Positions 36,663 through 46,432 of a stretch of 64,000 nucleotides of DNA are shown piece by piece. The DNA lies in the NCBI GenBank assembly GCA_043723905.1, contig JAYSNJ010000120.1:608-64607 (forward strand), given 5' to 3'. How positions within the stretch are numbered: position 1 is the first letter of the stretch; the number at the start of each line of letters is the position of its first letter. The notes under the pieces were generated by a model. It worked only from the letters and a program-made list of their open reading frames with translations. It was not told the origin of the DNA and did not search any database. The stretch comes from Holophagaceae bacterium (GTDB lineage Bacteria > Acidobacteriota > Holophagae > Holophagales > Holophagaceae). Made by a program: the position numbers and the translations under genes.

Positions 36663-36668
36663 TTGCCC

Positions 36669-37274
36669 ATGGTCACGACCCCCCGCAGTCAGGACACCCG
36701 CACCCGCCTCCTGGAGGCCGGGCTCGCCTGCTTCTCGGCCCGGGGCTTCCACGGCACGGGCATCCAGGAGATCGTGGCGGCGGCGGGGGTCCCCAAGGGC
36801 TCCTTCTACAACCACTACCCCAGCAAGGAGGACTTCGGCGCCGCCATCATCGGCCACTATGGCGAGGCCTTCCTGCTCAAGTGGGGCGCGAGCCTCGATG
36901 AGGCGAAGGGCCCCACGCCCCTGGCGGCGCTTCGCCAAAGCTACGAATTCCTGATCGAGGCCCACGAATGCTGCCAGCCCAAGGTCGGGTGCCTGGTGGG
37001 CAATCTGGCGGCGGAGATCAGCGGCTCCAGCCCGGCCTGTCAGGCGGCCATGGCTGCGGTCATCGGCGCCTGGCGGGAGCGCTTTTGCCAGTACCTGCGC
37101 CAGGGCCAGGCCCTGGGCGAGGTGCGGGATGACGTTTCGGCCGAGGCCCTGGCGGACTTCTTCTGGTTCGCCTGGGAGGGCAGCCTCCTGGCCATGAAGA
37201 TCCAGGGCTCCACGGAGCCCGTGCGCCAATGCCTGGCCTTCCTTTTCAACGATGTCTTCCCTCCGAGAGGCTGA
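36669..37274 (+). CDS. TetR/AcrR family transcriptional regulator
   Basis: N-terminal HTH TRTRLLEAGLACFSARGFHGTGIQEIVAAAGVPKGSFYNHYPSKEDF. ATG at 36669 preferred over the GTG at 36630, which lies inside the promoter. Confidence 0.85.
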   Translation: MVTTPRSQDTRTRLLEAGLACFSARGFHGTGIQEIVAAAGVPKGSFYNHYPSKEDFGAAIIGHYGEAFLLKWGASLDEAKGPTPLAALRQSYEFLIEAHECCQPKVGCLVGNLAAEISGSSPACQAAMAAVIGAWRERFCQYLRQGQALGEVRDDVSAEALADFFWFAWEGSLLAMKIQGSTEPVRQCLAFLFNDVFPPRG

Positions 37275-37275
37275 G

Positions 37276-38433
37276 ATGCAGAACTTCACCTTCCAAAACC
37301 CCACGAAAATCCTCTTCGGCAAGGGCCGCATCCAGGACCTCGCCACGGAGATCCCCGCGGGCCAGCGGGTGCTCATCACCTACGGCGGCGGCAGCGTGAT
37401 CCAGAACGGCACGCTCGATGAAGTACGCGCAGCCCTGAAACAGGCCGTCGTCACGGAATTCGGCGGCATCGAGCCCAACCCCAGCTACGAGACGCTGATG
37501 GGCGCCGTGAAGCTGGCCCGGGAAACCCGATCCGAATTCATTCTGGCGGTGGGGGGCGGCTCCGTGATCGATGGCACCAAGTTCATCGCCGCCGCCGTGC
37601 CCTACCCCGGCGAGGATCCCTGGGATCTGGTCATCCACAAGGCCCCCGTGAAGGAGGCCCTGCCCTTCGGAACGGTGCTTACCCTCCCTGCCACGGGTTC
37701 CGAAATGAACAGCGGCGCCGTCATCACGCGCAAATCCCTCGGAGCGAAGCTGGCCTTCGGGAGCCCCATGCTCTTCCCGCGCTTTTCCGTCCTGGATCCC
37801 ACGAAGACCTATTCGCTGCCCCCGCGCCAGATCGCCAACGGAGTGGTGGACGCCTTCGTCCACACCACCGAGCAGTACCTCACCTACCCCGCGGATGCAC
37901 CCATGCAGGACCGCTTTTCCGAAGGCCTGCTGCGCACCCTCATCGAAGTGGGCCCCGTCACGCTGAAGGAAACCGAGAACTACGAGGCGAGGTCCGCCTT
38001 CGTGTGGAGCGCGACCCTGGCCCTCAACGGCCTCATCGGCGCGGGCGTGCCCCAGGACTGGGCCACCCACATGATCGGCCACGAGCTCACCGCCAAGTTC
38101 GGCCTGGATCATGCCCAGAGCCTCGCCATCATCCTGCCCGCCATGCTCACCGAGCGCCTGGAATCCAAGCGCGCCAAGCTGGTGCAGTACGCGGAGCGCG
38201 TGTGGGATCTCCGGGAGGGGGACGCCGAGACCCGCGCCCTCCTGGCCATTGAGCGCACCCGCACCTTCTTCGAGAGCCTCGGCGTCAAGACGCGCCTGAG
38301 CGAGTACGGCATCGGCGCCGAGGCCATTCCCGGCATCGTGAAGGCCCTGGAAGCCCACGGCATGAAGGCCCTTGGGGAGAGGCGGGAGGTCACCCTAGAA
38401 GTGTCCCGCCGTGTGCTGGAGCGGGCGCTGTAG
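37276..38433 (+). CDS. iron-containing (group III) alcohol dehydrogenase, YqhD/BdhA-like
   Basis: MQNFTFQNPTKILFGKG, GGGSVIDGTKF and HMIGHELT are Fe-ADH motifs. ATG lies 2 nt after the TetR stop. Confidence 0.85.
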   Translation: MQNFTFQNPTKILFGKGRIQDLATEIPAGQRVLITYGGGSVIQNGTLDEVRAALKQAVVTEFGGIEPNPSYETLMGAVKLARETRSEFILAVGGGSVIDGTKFIAAAVPYPGEDPWDLVIHKAPVKEALPFGTVLTLPATGSEMNSGAVITRKSLGAKLAFGSPMLFPRFSVLDPTKTYSLPPRQIANGVVDAFVHTTEQYLTYPADAPMQDRFSEGLLRTLIEVGPVTLKETENYEARSAFVWSATLALNGLIGAGVPQDWATHMIGHELTAKFGLDHAQSLAIILPAMLTERLESKRAKLVQYAERVWDLREGDAETRALLAIERTRTFFESLGVKTRLSEYGIGAEAIPGIVKALEAHGMKALGERREVTLEVSRRVLERAL

Positions 38434-38480
38434 TCGCCCAGTTCACCCTCCCTCAATTCGACCGCAACCTGGAGAACAGC

Positions 38481-39158
38481 ATGAAGATCCTGATGGTCCT
38501 CACCTCCCACAACCAGCTCGGCAATACCGGCCACAAGACCGGCTTCTGGCTGGAGGAATTCGCCGCTCCCTTCTACGTCTTCCAGGACGCGGGCGCCGAT
38601 ATCACCCTGGCGTCGCCCCAGGGGGGCCAGCCCCCCCTGGATCCCAAGAGCGATGACGCGGCCTTCCAGACGGAAGCCACCCACCGCTTCAAGGCCGATG
38701 TCGCCGCCCAGGCCAAGCTGGCCGCCACGGTCAAGCTGGCCAGCATTGCCGCGAGCGATTTCGATGCGGTGTTCTACCCCGGCGGTCACGGCCCCCTGTG
38801 GGATCTGGCCGAGGATGCCCACTCCATCCAACTTATCGAAACCACGTTGGCCGCAGGCAGGCCCCTGGCCGCCGTGTGCCACGCCCCGGGCGTCCTGCGC
38901 CACGCAAAGCACGCCGATGGCACACCCATCGTCAAGGGTCTCGCCGTCACGGGTTTCTCCAATACCGAAGAGGAAGCCGTGCAGCTCACGGCCATCGTCC
39001 CCTTCCTGGTGGAGGACGAACTGAAACTCAAGGGCGGGTTGTATTCCAAGGGTCCTGACTGGGGCCCCTACGTCATCACCGATGGCTTCCTGATCACGGG
39101 CCAGAACCCCGCCTCCTCGGAGCCCGCCGCCCGGGCCCTGCTCGCCAAGCTGAACTGA
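38481..39158 (+). CDS. DJ-1/PfpI-family (type 1 glutamine amidotransferase-like) protein
   Basis: MKILMVLTSH..., AAVCHAPGVL nucleophile elbow, ITGQNPASS C-terminal motif. Confidence 0.8.
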   Translation: MKILMVLTSHNQLGNTGHKTGFWLEEFAAPFYVFQDAGADITLASPQGGQPPLDPKSDDAAFQTEATHRFKADVAAQAKLAATVKLASIAASDFDAVFYPGGHGPLWDLAEDAHSIQLIETTLAAGRPLAAVCHAPGVLRHAKHADGTPIVKGLAVTGFSNTEEEAVQLTAIVPFLVEDELKLKGGLYSKGPDWGPYVITDGFLITGQNPASSEPAARALLAKLN

Positions 39159-39165
39159 GCTACCA

Positions 39166-40263
39166 ATGACGCACCTCTTCGAGCCCTTCACGCTGCGGGG
39201 CACCACGTTCCCCAACCGCATCGGCGTCTCGCCCATGTGCCAGTATTCGGCCCTGGAGGGCCGGGCCTCGGATTGGCACCTCATCCACCTGGGGGGTCTG
39301 GCCCAAGGGGGCGCAGGACTGGTGCTCACCGAGGCCGTCGCCATTTCACCCGAGGGACGCATAAGCCCCCAGGATCTGGGCCTCTGGGAGGACGTCCAGA
39401 TCGAACCCCTCCGGCGCGTCACCCGCTTCATCGCCTCCCAGGGGGCCGTGCCCGGCATCCAGCTGGCCCACGCGGGGCGCAAGGCCTGCACGCCGGCCCC
39501 CTGGCGGGGAGCCTCGACGACGATCCCGGTCTCTGAAGGGGGCTGGATTCCAGTGGGTCCCAGCGCCCTGGCCTTCGATGAAGGGTGGGCCACGCCCAGG
39601 GCCCTGGATGAAACGGGAATCGCGGAGATCGTTCAAGCCTTCACGGAGGCCGCAAGGCGCGCCCTGGACGCAGGCTTCCAGGTGGTGGAGCTGCATGCGG
39701 CCCACGGCTACCTGCTGCACCAGTTCCTCTCGCCCCTCACCAATGAGCGCAGCGACCGCTACGGTGGTTCCTTCGAGAACCGCACCCGCCTGCTGCGGGA
39801 GGTGGTGGAATCCGTGCGCAGAGTCTGGCCCGAGAAATTGCCCCTCTTCGTGCGGATATCTGCCACGGACTGGGCCCCTGACGGGTCGAAGGCCGGCTGG
39901 AACCTGGAGGAGTCCATCCAGCTCTGCAAGGATCTAGGCGGGATGGGTGTGGATCTGGTGGATGTCTCCAGCGGCGGCCAGATTCCCCGGGCGATCATCC
40001 CCGTGGGGCCGGGCTACCAGGTGCCCTTCGCCCGGGCCATCCGCGCGAAGGCCGGGATTCCCACCGGCGCCGTGGGCCTCATCACCGAGCCGGCACAGGC
40101 CGAGCAGATCCTGGCCGAAGGCCAGGCCGATCTCGTCTTCCTGGGCCGCGAACTCCTCCGCGATCCCCGCTGGCCCCTGCGGGCAGCAAGGGAACTGGGC
40201 GCCGTGGTTCCCTGGCCCGGCCAGTACGCCCGGGCGGCGGAGGGGAAGGTCCCGGTGAGATAA
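39166..40263 (+). CDS. NADH:flavin oxidoreductase, Old Yellow Enzyme family (NamA/YqjM-like)
   Basis: NRIGVSPMCQY, QLAHAGRK, ELHAAHGYLLHQFLSP, and C-terminal GRELLRDP. Confidence 0.85.
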   Translation: MTHLFEPFTLRGTTFPNRIGVSPMCQYSALEGRASDWHLIHLGGLAQGGAGLVLTEAVAISPEGRISPQDLGLWEDVQIEPLRRVTRFIASQGAVPGIQLAHAGRKACTPAPWRGASTTIPVSEGGWIPVGPSALAFDEGWATPRALDETGIAEIVQAFTEAARRALDAGFQVVELHAAHGYLLHQFLSPLTNERSDRYGGSFENRTRLLREVVESVRRVWPEKLPLFVRISATDWAPDGSKAGWNLEESIQLCKDLGGMGVDLVDVSSGGQIPRAIIPVGPGYQVPFARAIRAKAGIPTGAVGLITEPAQAEQILAEGQADLVFLGRELLRDPRWPLRAARELGAVVPWPGQYARAAEGKVPVR

Positions 40264-40293
40264 AAATCCGGCGCCCACGGGCGCCGGATTTTT
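40262..40293. terminator. bidirectional rho-independent terminator
   Basis: AAAAATCCGGCGCCC-ac-GGGCGCCGGATTTTT is an 11-bp GC-rich stem flanked by an A-run and a T-run. It sits between convergent genes. Confidence 0.8.
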
Positions 40294-40311
40294 AGGCCAA
40301 AGGAAAGGGGG

Positions 40312-42246
40312 CTACTTCGCCATCAGGTGCCTGGTGAAGAAGCCTTCCATGGCGCCGTAGAAATCGTAGCGGTTCTCCTCGTTGTGGAAGCCATGGCCTT
40401 CGTTGTCCTTGACCATGTACTGGACCTCGACGCCGCGCTTCTTCAGGGCCTCAACCATCTGATCGGATTCATTCTTGTTCACCCGAGGGTCGTTGGCCCC
40501 CTGGGCCACGAAGAGCGGGGTCTTGATCCTGTCCACATGGAAGACAGGAGAACTGGCCGTCAGGAGAGCCTTGTCCTTCTCTGGATCGCCGACCATCTCC
40601 TGCATCATCTTCAGGAAGGGCGCCCAGTAGGGCGGGATGGTCTTCATGAAGGTGAAGAGGTTCGCCACACCCACGTAGTCCACAGCCGCAGCGTAGAGGT
40701 CGGGCGTGTATGTCACACCGGCCAGCGTCGCGTACCCGCCGTAGCTGCCGCCATAGATGCCCACGCGCTTGGGATCGGCGATGCCCTCCTTCACCAGCCA
40801 GTTCACGCCATCCGTGATGTCGTCCTGCATGGTGAGGCCCCACTGCTTGAAGCTCTTCTCCCAGAAGGCTCGGCCGTAGCCCGTGGAACCTCGGAAGTTC
40901 ATCTGGAAGACGGCGAAACCACGGTTGGCCAGGAACTGGATTTCAGGGTTGAAGCCCCAGCCATCCCGGGCCCAGGGGCCTCCATGGGGGTTGACGATGA
41001 CGGGGAGATTCTTCGCCTCGCGGCCCGGAGGCAGCGTGAGGTAGCCATTGATCTTCAAGCCATCACGGCTGGTATACGTGACGGGCTTCATGGTGGCCAT
41101 GTCGGCGGCTTTGATGCGCGGATTGATCTCCCCGAGCTTGGCCAGCTTGCCGCTCTTGGCATCGTAGATGTAGCGGTCGCCGGGTGTGTGATCGCTGTAG
41201 GTCGCCACGATGAACTTGTCCTCGGCCAAGTTGGAGTTCTGGAGGGTGACGTCGAGACCGGGAAGCTGCTTCTCCAGCTTCGCATAGAGGGCTCGGGTGG
41301 CTTCGTCGAAGTAATGGCGCTGGCTCTTCCAGGTCTCGAAGCCCACCGTGGTGAGGGCCTTCCGCTTCCTTGAATATTCGGCCCCGCCCAGGTCCACCTC
41401 GGAATGTTCGAAGAGGGGCTTCGCCTCCTTGCCCGTGGCGGGGTCCAGGATCACCAAGGCCGTCTTGTCCCGGTCGCGGTTGGAGAGCACGTACAGGTCC
41501 TGGTTATCGAAGGTGAAGAACATCGGCGCCACGGTGGTTCGGAAATCCGTGGTCAGTACCGTCCTGAAGGGGTCCTTCTCCGTGGCCCGGTAGAGCAGGC
41601 TGCTGTTCACGCCATCCGTGGTGGTGGCCACGCGCACGGCGCCCTTGTGGTCCGTCACCCAGCCGGTGATATTGCCGGGATTCTCGGCTGCCAGGGTCGA
41701 TGCGCCGGTCTTCACATTGACCTTGAAGACGTCGAAGATCTGGGGATTGCGCTGATTGTGCTGCACCAGGATGTGCTCGGGATCATCCCGCAGATCGTCC
41801 ACGATGGAGGCCTGGATCTTCTGGATGGGCGTGAGGTCCTTGATGTCCCCGCTCTTCACATCCACGGATACGACGTGGAAGTTCTCGTCGCCGCCGAAAT
41901 CCTTGACGTAGAGGATGTGGCCATCCCCCTTCCAGAAGTAGCCGGCGATATCCCGGGCAGTCTCACGGGTGAGGCGCTTCGCCTTGGTGAAGTCCGGCGC
42001 GCTGCCGTCGAGCGGAAGGGCCACGATGTGGAGGTTCCGGCGCCGTTCGAAGGGCGCCATGAAACTCAGCGTCTTCCCGTCGGGGGAGAGCTGGTACCCG
42101 GAACGTTCCGGGTTTCCGAAAAAGTCCTTGATTTCGTACCGCCTGGGCGCGGTGACCGGACTCCCGGCCGATATCGGGACGGAGACCGCCAGGGCGAGGA
42201 GGCATCCGCGATAGAGGGCCTTGCGGAACAAAAGGGAAGCCTGCAT
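40312..42246 (-). CDS. secreted S9-family serine peptidase (dipeptidyl aminopeptidase / acylaminoacyl peptidase type)
   Basis: Start chosen at MQASLLF (AAAGGAG RBS, signal peptide). N-terminal beta-propeller region. Catalytic GGSYGGY, with GANDPRV and EGHGF. Confidence 0.85.
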   Translation of the reverse strand: MQASLLFRKALYRGCLLALAVSVPISAGSPVTAPRRYEIKDFFGNPERSGYQLSPDGKTLSFMAPFERRRNLHIVALPLDGSAPDFTKAKRLTRETARDIAGYFWKGDGHILYVKDFGGDENFHVVSVDVKSGDIKDLTPIQKIQASIVDDLRDDPEHILVQHNQRNPQIFDVFKVNVKTGASTLAAENPGNITGWVTDHKGAVRVATTTDGVNSSLLYRATEKDPFRTVLTTDFRTTVAPMFFTFDNQDLYVLSNRDRDKTALVILDPATGKEAKPLFEHSEVDLGGAEYSRKRKALTTVGFETWKSQRHYFDEATRALYAKLEKQLPGLDVTLQNSNLAEDKFIVATYSDHTPGDRYIYDAKSGKLAKLGEINPRIKAADMATMKPVTYTSRDGLKINGYLTLPPGREAKNLPVIVNPHGGPWARDGWGFNPEIQFLANRGFAVFQMNFRGSTGYGRAFWEKSFKQWGLTMQDDITDGVNWLVKEGIADPKRVGIYGGSYGGYATLAGVTYTPDLYAAAVDYVGVANLFTFMKTIPPYWAPFLKMMQEMVGDPEKDKALLTASSPVFHVDRIKTPLFVAQGANDPRVNKNESDQMVEALKKRGVEVQYMVKDNEGHGFHNEENRYDFYGAMEGFFTRHLMAK

Positions 42247-42298
42247 GGAGCTCCTTTCATCTGAACAAGAGTGAGGGCCGAAGAGCCCTCGGTCTCGT

Positions 42299-42979
42299 TC
42301 ACGCACCATCCTGATTTCCGTTTAGGGGTTCCTCGTCCAGGCCCTCGAACATGCTCCCGGGAGGCAGGGGGGGCTCGAGCCGGGCGAGGGCCAGGGCTTC
42401 CAGGTTCCCCTCCCCGAAATCGGCGAGCCGGGGGAGGTCCTGCAGGCTCTTGAGGCCGAAGTGCAGGAGGAACTTCTGGGTCGTCACATAGGTCATGGGG
42501 CGTCCCACCACGGGCTTGCGCCCTGCGGGGAGGACCATCTCCCGCTCCAGCAGGCTCTTCACCTGGTTGGCGCCGCTCGTCACCCCCCGCAGTTCGTTGA
42601 TCTCGGGAATCGTCACGGGCTGGCGGTAGGCGATGATGGCCAGGGTCTCGATCTGGGCGGGCGTGAGCCTCCCGCTGCGCAAGGTCGTCACCAGCTTGGC
42701 CACGAGGCTCGCGTACTGGGGCGCTGTGGCCATCCGCCACCCCCCGCCCACCTCGATGAGCCGGATGCCCCGGGGGGCCGTGAGGCGCTCCTGGAGCTTC
42801 TCCAGGGCCTGGCGCAGGGGTCCCTCGTGGATGCCCGTCAGTTCCTGCAGCTTCGCCAGATCCAGCACCTCGCCCGTGGCCACGAAGAGGGCCTCCAGGG
42901 CCCCGGGCAGATCCCCGCCCTCCTCCCAGAGGGGCTCCTGATCGAAGAACGTGGATGGAATGGGGGGCTCGTCGGGCAT
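42299..42979 (-). CDS. scpB: SMC-Scp complex subunit ScpB
   Basis: LEALFVATGEVL, TLAIIAYRQPVTIPEINELRGV and GRPMTYVTTQKFLLHFGL are typical of ScpB. Confidence 0.85.
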   Translation of the reverse strand: MPDEPPIPSTFFDQEPLWEEGGDLPGALEALFVATGEVLDLAKLQELTGIHEGPLRQALEKLQERLTAPRGIRLIEVGGGWRMATAPQYASLVAKLVTTLRSGRLTPAQIETLAIIAYRQPVTIPEINELRGVTSGANQVKSLLEREMVLPAGRKPVVGRPMTYVTTQKFLLHFGLKSLQDLPRLADFGEGNLEALALARLEPPLPPGSMFEGLDEEPLNGNQDGA

Positions 42980-43018
42980 ACGCCTTCCAGGATAACCGTC
43001 CCGGGGCGGACCCTGGGA

Positions 43019-45097
43019 TCAACGGCGCTGAAGGCGCTCCATCATGCCTTCGAGTTCGGCTATGCGGTAAGGCTTCGCGAGCATCCCCGCGGCACCGAGG
43101 GTGATGAGCTCCTGCACTTCCTCGTTCTCCCCGTACCCCGTGCAGACCACCACGGGGACATCTGGATCGATGTGGTGGATCTCCAGGAAGGCCTCGCGCC
43201 CCCCGAGAACGGGCATCTTGAGATCCAGCAGGACGGCGCGCAGCTCCCGGTGCCGTTCCAAGAAGATCGCCGCCCCTTCCCTGCCATTCGCCGCGCTGAG
43301 CGCCTCGAAACCCAGGGACTCCAGGGCGGAGGCGGCGAGTTCCCGCAGCATGGGTTCGTCCTCCACCACCAGCACCAGCCCCTCCCCCCTGCCCGGTCCG
43401 GATTCCCGGGAGACCGGCGCGGGGGCCAGCACACCGGCCGGAAGCAGTACACGGAACGTGCTGCCCCGCCCCCGGGCGCTGGAGACTTCCAGAGTGCCGC
43501 GGTGCCCCTGCAGAATGCCGTACACCGTGGAGAGCCCCAGCCCGGTGCCCATGGTGCCGCCCGTGGTCTTGGTGGTGAAGAAGGGCTCGCAGATGCGCTT
43601 GCGCACCTCCTCCGTCATCCCCACTCCAGTATCGATCACCTTCAGTTCCAGGTAGTCGCCTGCCTGGAGGCGGAGTGTCTCAGCCTCGGAATCCGCGAGG
43701 GGATAGCGGCGGGTCGTGAGGGTCAGTGTGCCCCGTTCGGGCATGGCGTCCACGGCGTTGATGCAGAGGTTGACCAGGACCTGATGGACCTGGGCCGGGT
43801 CTCCGTCCACGCGCAGCCCCGGTTCCAGTTCCAGTTCCACCTGCACTCCGGCGGGCAGGCTGGGCCGGAGCATGGAAAGGCATTCCCGGATGGCCCCGTC
43901 CAGCTCCACGGATTCGAGCAGATTCTTGCCCCGCCGCCCGAAGGCCAGGAGCTTCCGCGTGAGTTCACCGGAGCGGGTGGCGGCGCCGAGGATGGCCCGG
44001 AGGTACTCCTGGTGCCTGGGATCGGGTTCCGATTCCAGGAGGAGATCGGCGTAGCCCATGATGCCGCCCAGCATGTTGTTGAAATCGTGGGCGACGCCTC
44101 CGGCGAGGCTGCCCAGGCTGTCCATCTTCTGGGCCTGCTGGACCACCTCCTCCAGGTGCCGCCGCGAACTGATGTCCCGGGTGGTGGAGAGAATGCACAC
44201 CCGGCCACCGTATTCCAGGGGCGCCAGGGAGATTTCGCCCCAGGCCGTGTGACCATCCTTGTGCACCAGCAGGGCCTCGAAGCCCTGGACCCGGGCGCCG
44301 GTGGCCGCCATCGCCATGAGCTGCTCCCGTTCGGGGGGGTCCTTCCAGAGACCCACCTCCATCGTGCTCCGGCCCAGGACTTCCTGCCGGGTGTAGCCGC
44401 TGATGCGCTCGAAGCCCGCATTGGTCTCGAGGATCCGCCCCGTCTCCTGGTCGAGGATGAGCAGGGCGTCCGGATTCCCCTGGAAGATGCGGGCGAATTT
44501 CCCTTCGCTCTCCTTCAGGGCCCGGTAGGACGTGTGAAGCCTGGACCGCTCCCGGTTGAAGCCCGCCAGGATCACCCACTGCATCAGCACGCAACCGAGA
44601 AGGCTGAGCACATAGCCCACCACGAGGTCGATGATTCTGTCCCAGGCATGGCCGAAGGGATGAGCCAGGGTCGGCCAGGTCCATTCCGCCAGATGGAGCC
44701 CGATGAGGTTGACCGGAATGAGCAGGATCACACCCCAGCGCAGCGTCCCCCGGAAAAATACCACCGCGAAAAGAGCTGCCGGGAAGAAGAACAACCCGAT
44801 GCTGCCCTGGGAACCGCCGTTGGCGAACCAGATCAGGTCCAGGCAGGCCATCAGACTGAAGAAGTAGGTCCGAAGGAGATCGTGGCCCCTCCGGGCGGCC
44901 GCATTCAGAGCGAGACTCAGGAGGCCAAAGGTGATGACCGCCGGGTTCACCCAGGGGCTCAGGTTCTGGATCAGGTTGGCAGGCGCCACGACAAAGAGGC
45001 ACAGCAGGCCACTGAGGAGGCAGAGTCCCTGGAAGAACTGGCGCTCAAGCGGCAGTTCGCGAGAGGGAATCAGCCGGGTGATCCAGCGCCGTACCAA
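43019..45097 (-). CDS. hybrid sensor histidine kinase / response regulator (multi-TM N-terminus, PAS, HisKA, HATPase_c, REC)
   Basis: H-box GGVAHDFNNML. ATPase boxes VIDTGVGM and GTGLGLS. Receiver region VLVVEDEP...LLDLKMP...KPY. Confidence 0.85.
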   Translation of the reverse strand: MVRRWITRLIPSRELPLERQFFQGLCLLSGLLCLFVVAPANLIQNLSPWVNPAVITFGLLSLALNAAARRGHDLLRTYFFSLMACLDLIWFANGGSQGSIGLFFFPAALFAVVFFRGTLRWGVILLIPVNLIGLHLAEWTWPTLAHPFGHAWDRIIDLVVGYVLSLLGCVLMQWVILAGFNRERSRLHTSYRALKESEGKFARIFQGNPDALLILDQETGRILETNAGFERISGYTRQEVLGRSTMEVGLWKDPPEREQLMAMAATGARVQGFEALLVHKDGHTAWGEISLAPLEYGGRVCILSTTRDISSRRHLEEVVQQAQKMDSLGSLAGGVAHDFNNMLGGIMGYADLLLESEPDPRHQEYLRAILGAATRSGELTRKLLAFGRRGKNLLESVELDGAIRECLSMLRPSLPAGVQVELELEPGLRVDGDPAQVHQVLVNLCINAVDAMPERGTLTLTTRRYPLADSEAETLRLQAGDYLELKVIDTGVGMTEEVRKRICEPFFTTKTTGGTMGTGLGLSTVYGILQGHRGTLEVSSARGRGSTFRVLLPAGVLAPAPVSRESGPGRGEGLVLVVEDEPMLRELAASALESLGFEALSAANGREGAAIFLERHRELRAVLLDLKMPVLGGREAFLEIHHIDPDVPVVVCTGYGENEEVQELITLGAAGMLAKPYRIAELEGMMERLQRR

Positions 45098-45161
45098 GTC
45101 AGGTCCCTTTCATATCGGGCTCCGGCGAGGATAGCAGCGCAGGAAGGCGCGTGGGGGAACG

Positions 45162-46181
45162 CTACTGAAAGATCCCCAGGCGCTGACCGACCTTCACACT
45201 GCCCTCTGTTCTCAGGGGCAGCCATTCCTTGGATCTCGGGCCGCCGAGGAGCAGCACCACCGTGCTGCCGAACTCGAAGGTGCCGAGGTCGTCGCCCGGC
45301 GCGCAGGGCAGATCGTTCACCGTGAATCCGCCATCCTTCGGCAGGCGGCGCCCCGCCAACCAGCGTTCATCAATGACCACGCCGCCCACGTGGGTGGCCC
45401 CCACACAGACCGCGGCCACCTCGAGCCCCTCGTCGGGTCCCGTCCCCCGGGCGATCCAGACGGCCCGGCGGTTCCGCTCGTAGAGCCGGGGCACATGGGC
45501 CGTGCTGGCGTCGTTCACGGGCCAGAGTTCGCCTTCGACCCGGGCCACGGCCATGACCTGGCCCTCGATGGGCACATGGATGCGGTGGTAGTCCCGGGGG
45601 CTGAGGTAGAGCGTCAGGTAGTGGCCGCCCTCGAAGGCGGAGGGATTCGGAATGTGCTTGAGCAGTTCGGAGACGCGGTAGGGGAGCCCCTTGGCCTGGA
45701 GGACGCTGTCCTGGGTGATACGGCCCGAGGCGATGATGCGCCCGTCCACGGGGCTGTTCACGGAGCCCGGCACGACGCTCTCCTGGGGGCGCAGGCCCGG
45801 CTTCAGGCGCCGGGTGAAGAAGGCCTGGAGACTGGGATAGTCCTCCAGGGGCTTTTCCGCCTCCTGTACGTCCGCGCCATACTTCCGGGCGAAGCCCCCC
45901 AGGATCTTCGCGCGAAGGCTCCTGGGCAATTCCCGGCGGGCGATCCAGCCCACCACGGCGGAACCCTGCCTCTTGGGGTAGAGGCGCAGCAGATGAAGGG
46001 AGAGAGGCCAGCCGGACATGGTCCACCAAAGTAGCATGGCCAGAAGCCCAGCTCCCATCAGGAGAAGGGCCCTGCGGCTCCCTGGGGACATTTTCCGGGA
46101 AAGCCCGCCCAGGGGGGCCGGCCGACCGGCCCGCGAAATGATCCGCGTGACAAAAAGCACAAGGGAACCGGCCCGGGACAT
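45162..46181 (-). CDS. psd: phosphatidylserine decarboxylase proenzyme
   Basis: C-terminal FEFGSTVVLL (GST self-cleavage site) and YHRIHVP. Start chosen at MSRAGSL (GGAGG RBS). Confidence 0.8.
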   Translation of the reverse strand: MSRAGSLVLFVTRIISRAGRPAPLGGLSRKMSPGSRRALLLMGAGLLAMLLWWTMSGWPLSLHLLRLYPKRQGSAVVGWIARRELPRSLRAKILGGFARKYGADVQEAEKPLEDYPSLQAFFTRRLKPGLRPQESVVPGSVNSPVDGRIIASGRITQDSVLQAKGLPYRVSELLKHIPNPSAFEGGHYLTLYLSPRDYHRIHVPIEGQVMAVARVEGELWPVNDASTAHVPRLYERNRRAVWIARGTGPDEGLEVAAVCVGATHVGGVVIDERWLAGRRLPKDGGFTVNDLPCAPGDDLGTFEFGSTVVLLLGGPRSKEWLPLRTEGSVKVGQRLGIFQ

Positions 46182-46432
46182 GGAATCCTCCGGCTCCAGA
46201 GTAGAGTGAGCCCATCCCCTCCGACAGGACCTGGGCAATCCCCAACCAAACCCCTTGGTTATTGGGTTTGCTCCCTGCCTGTTGATGGATATCACAGCGA
46301 CCTCGTCCTATGCTTTTGGCGGGTTCATCCCCCGGGTCCCTCCTGCAGAGAGGGTGGCGCACGGAAACCCTGGCCCCCCCCAGCCCATCGATCCCGATGC
46401 ATCCCAATGCCCACCGAAACGGGAGAAGACTC

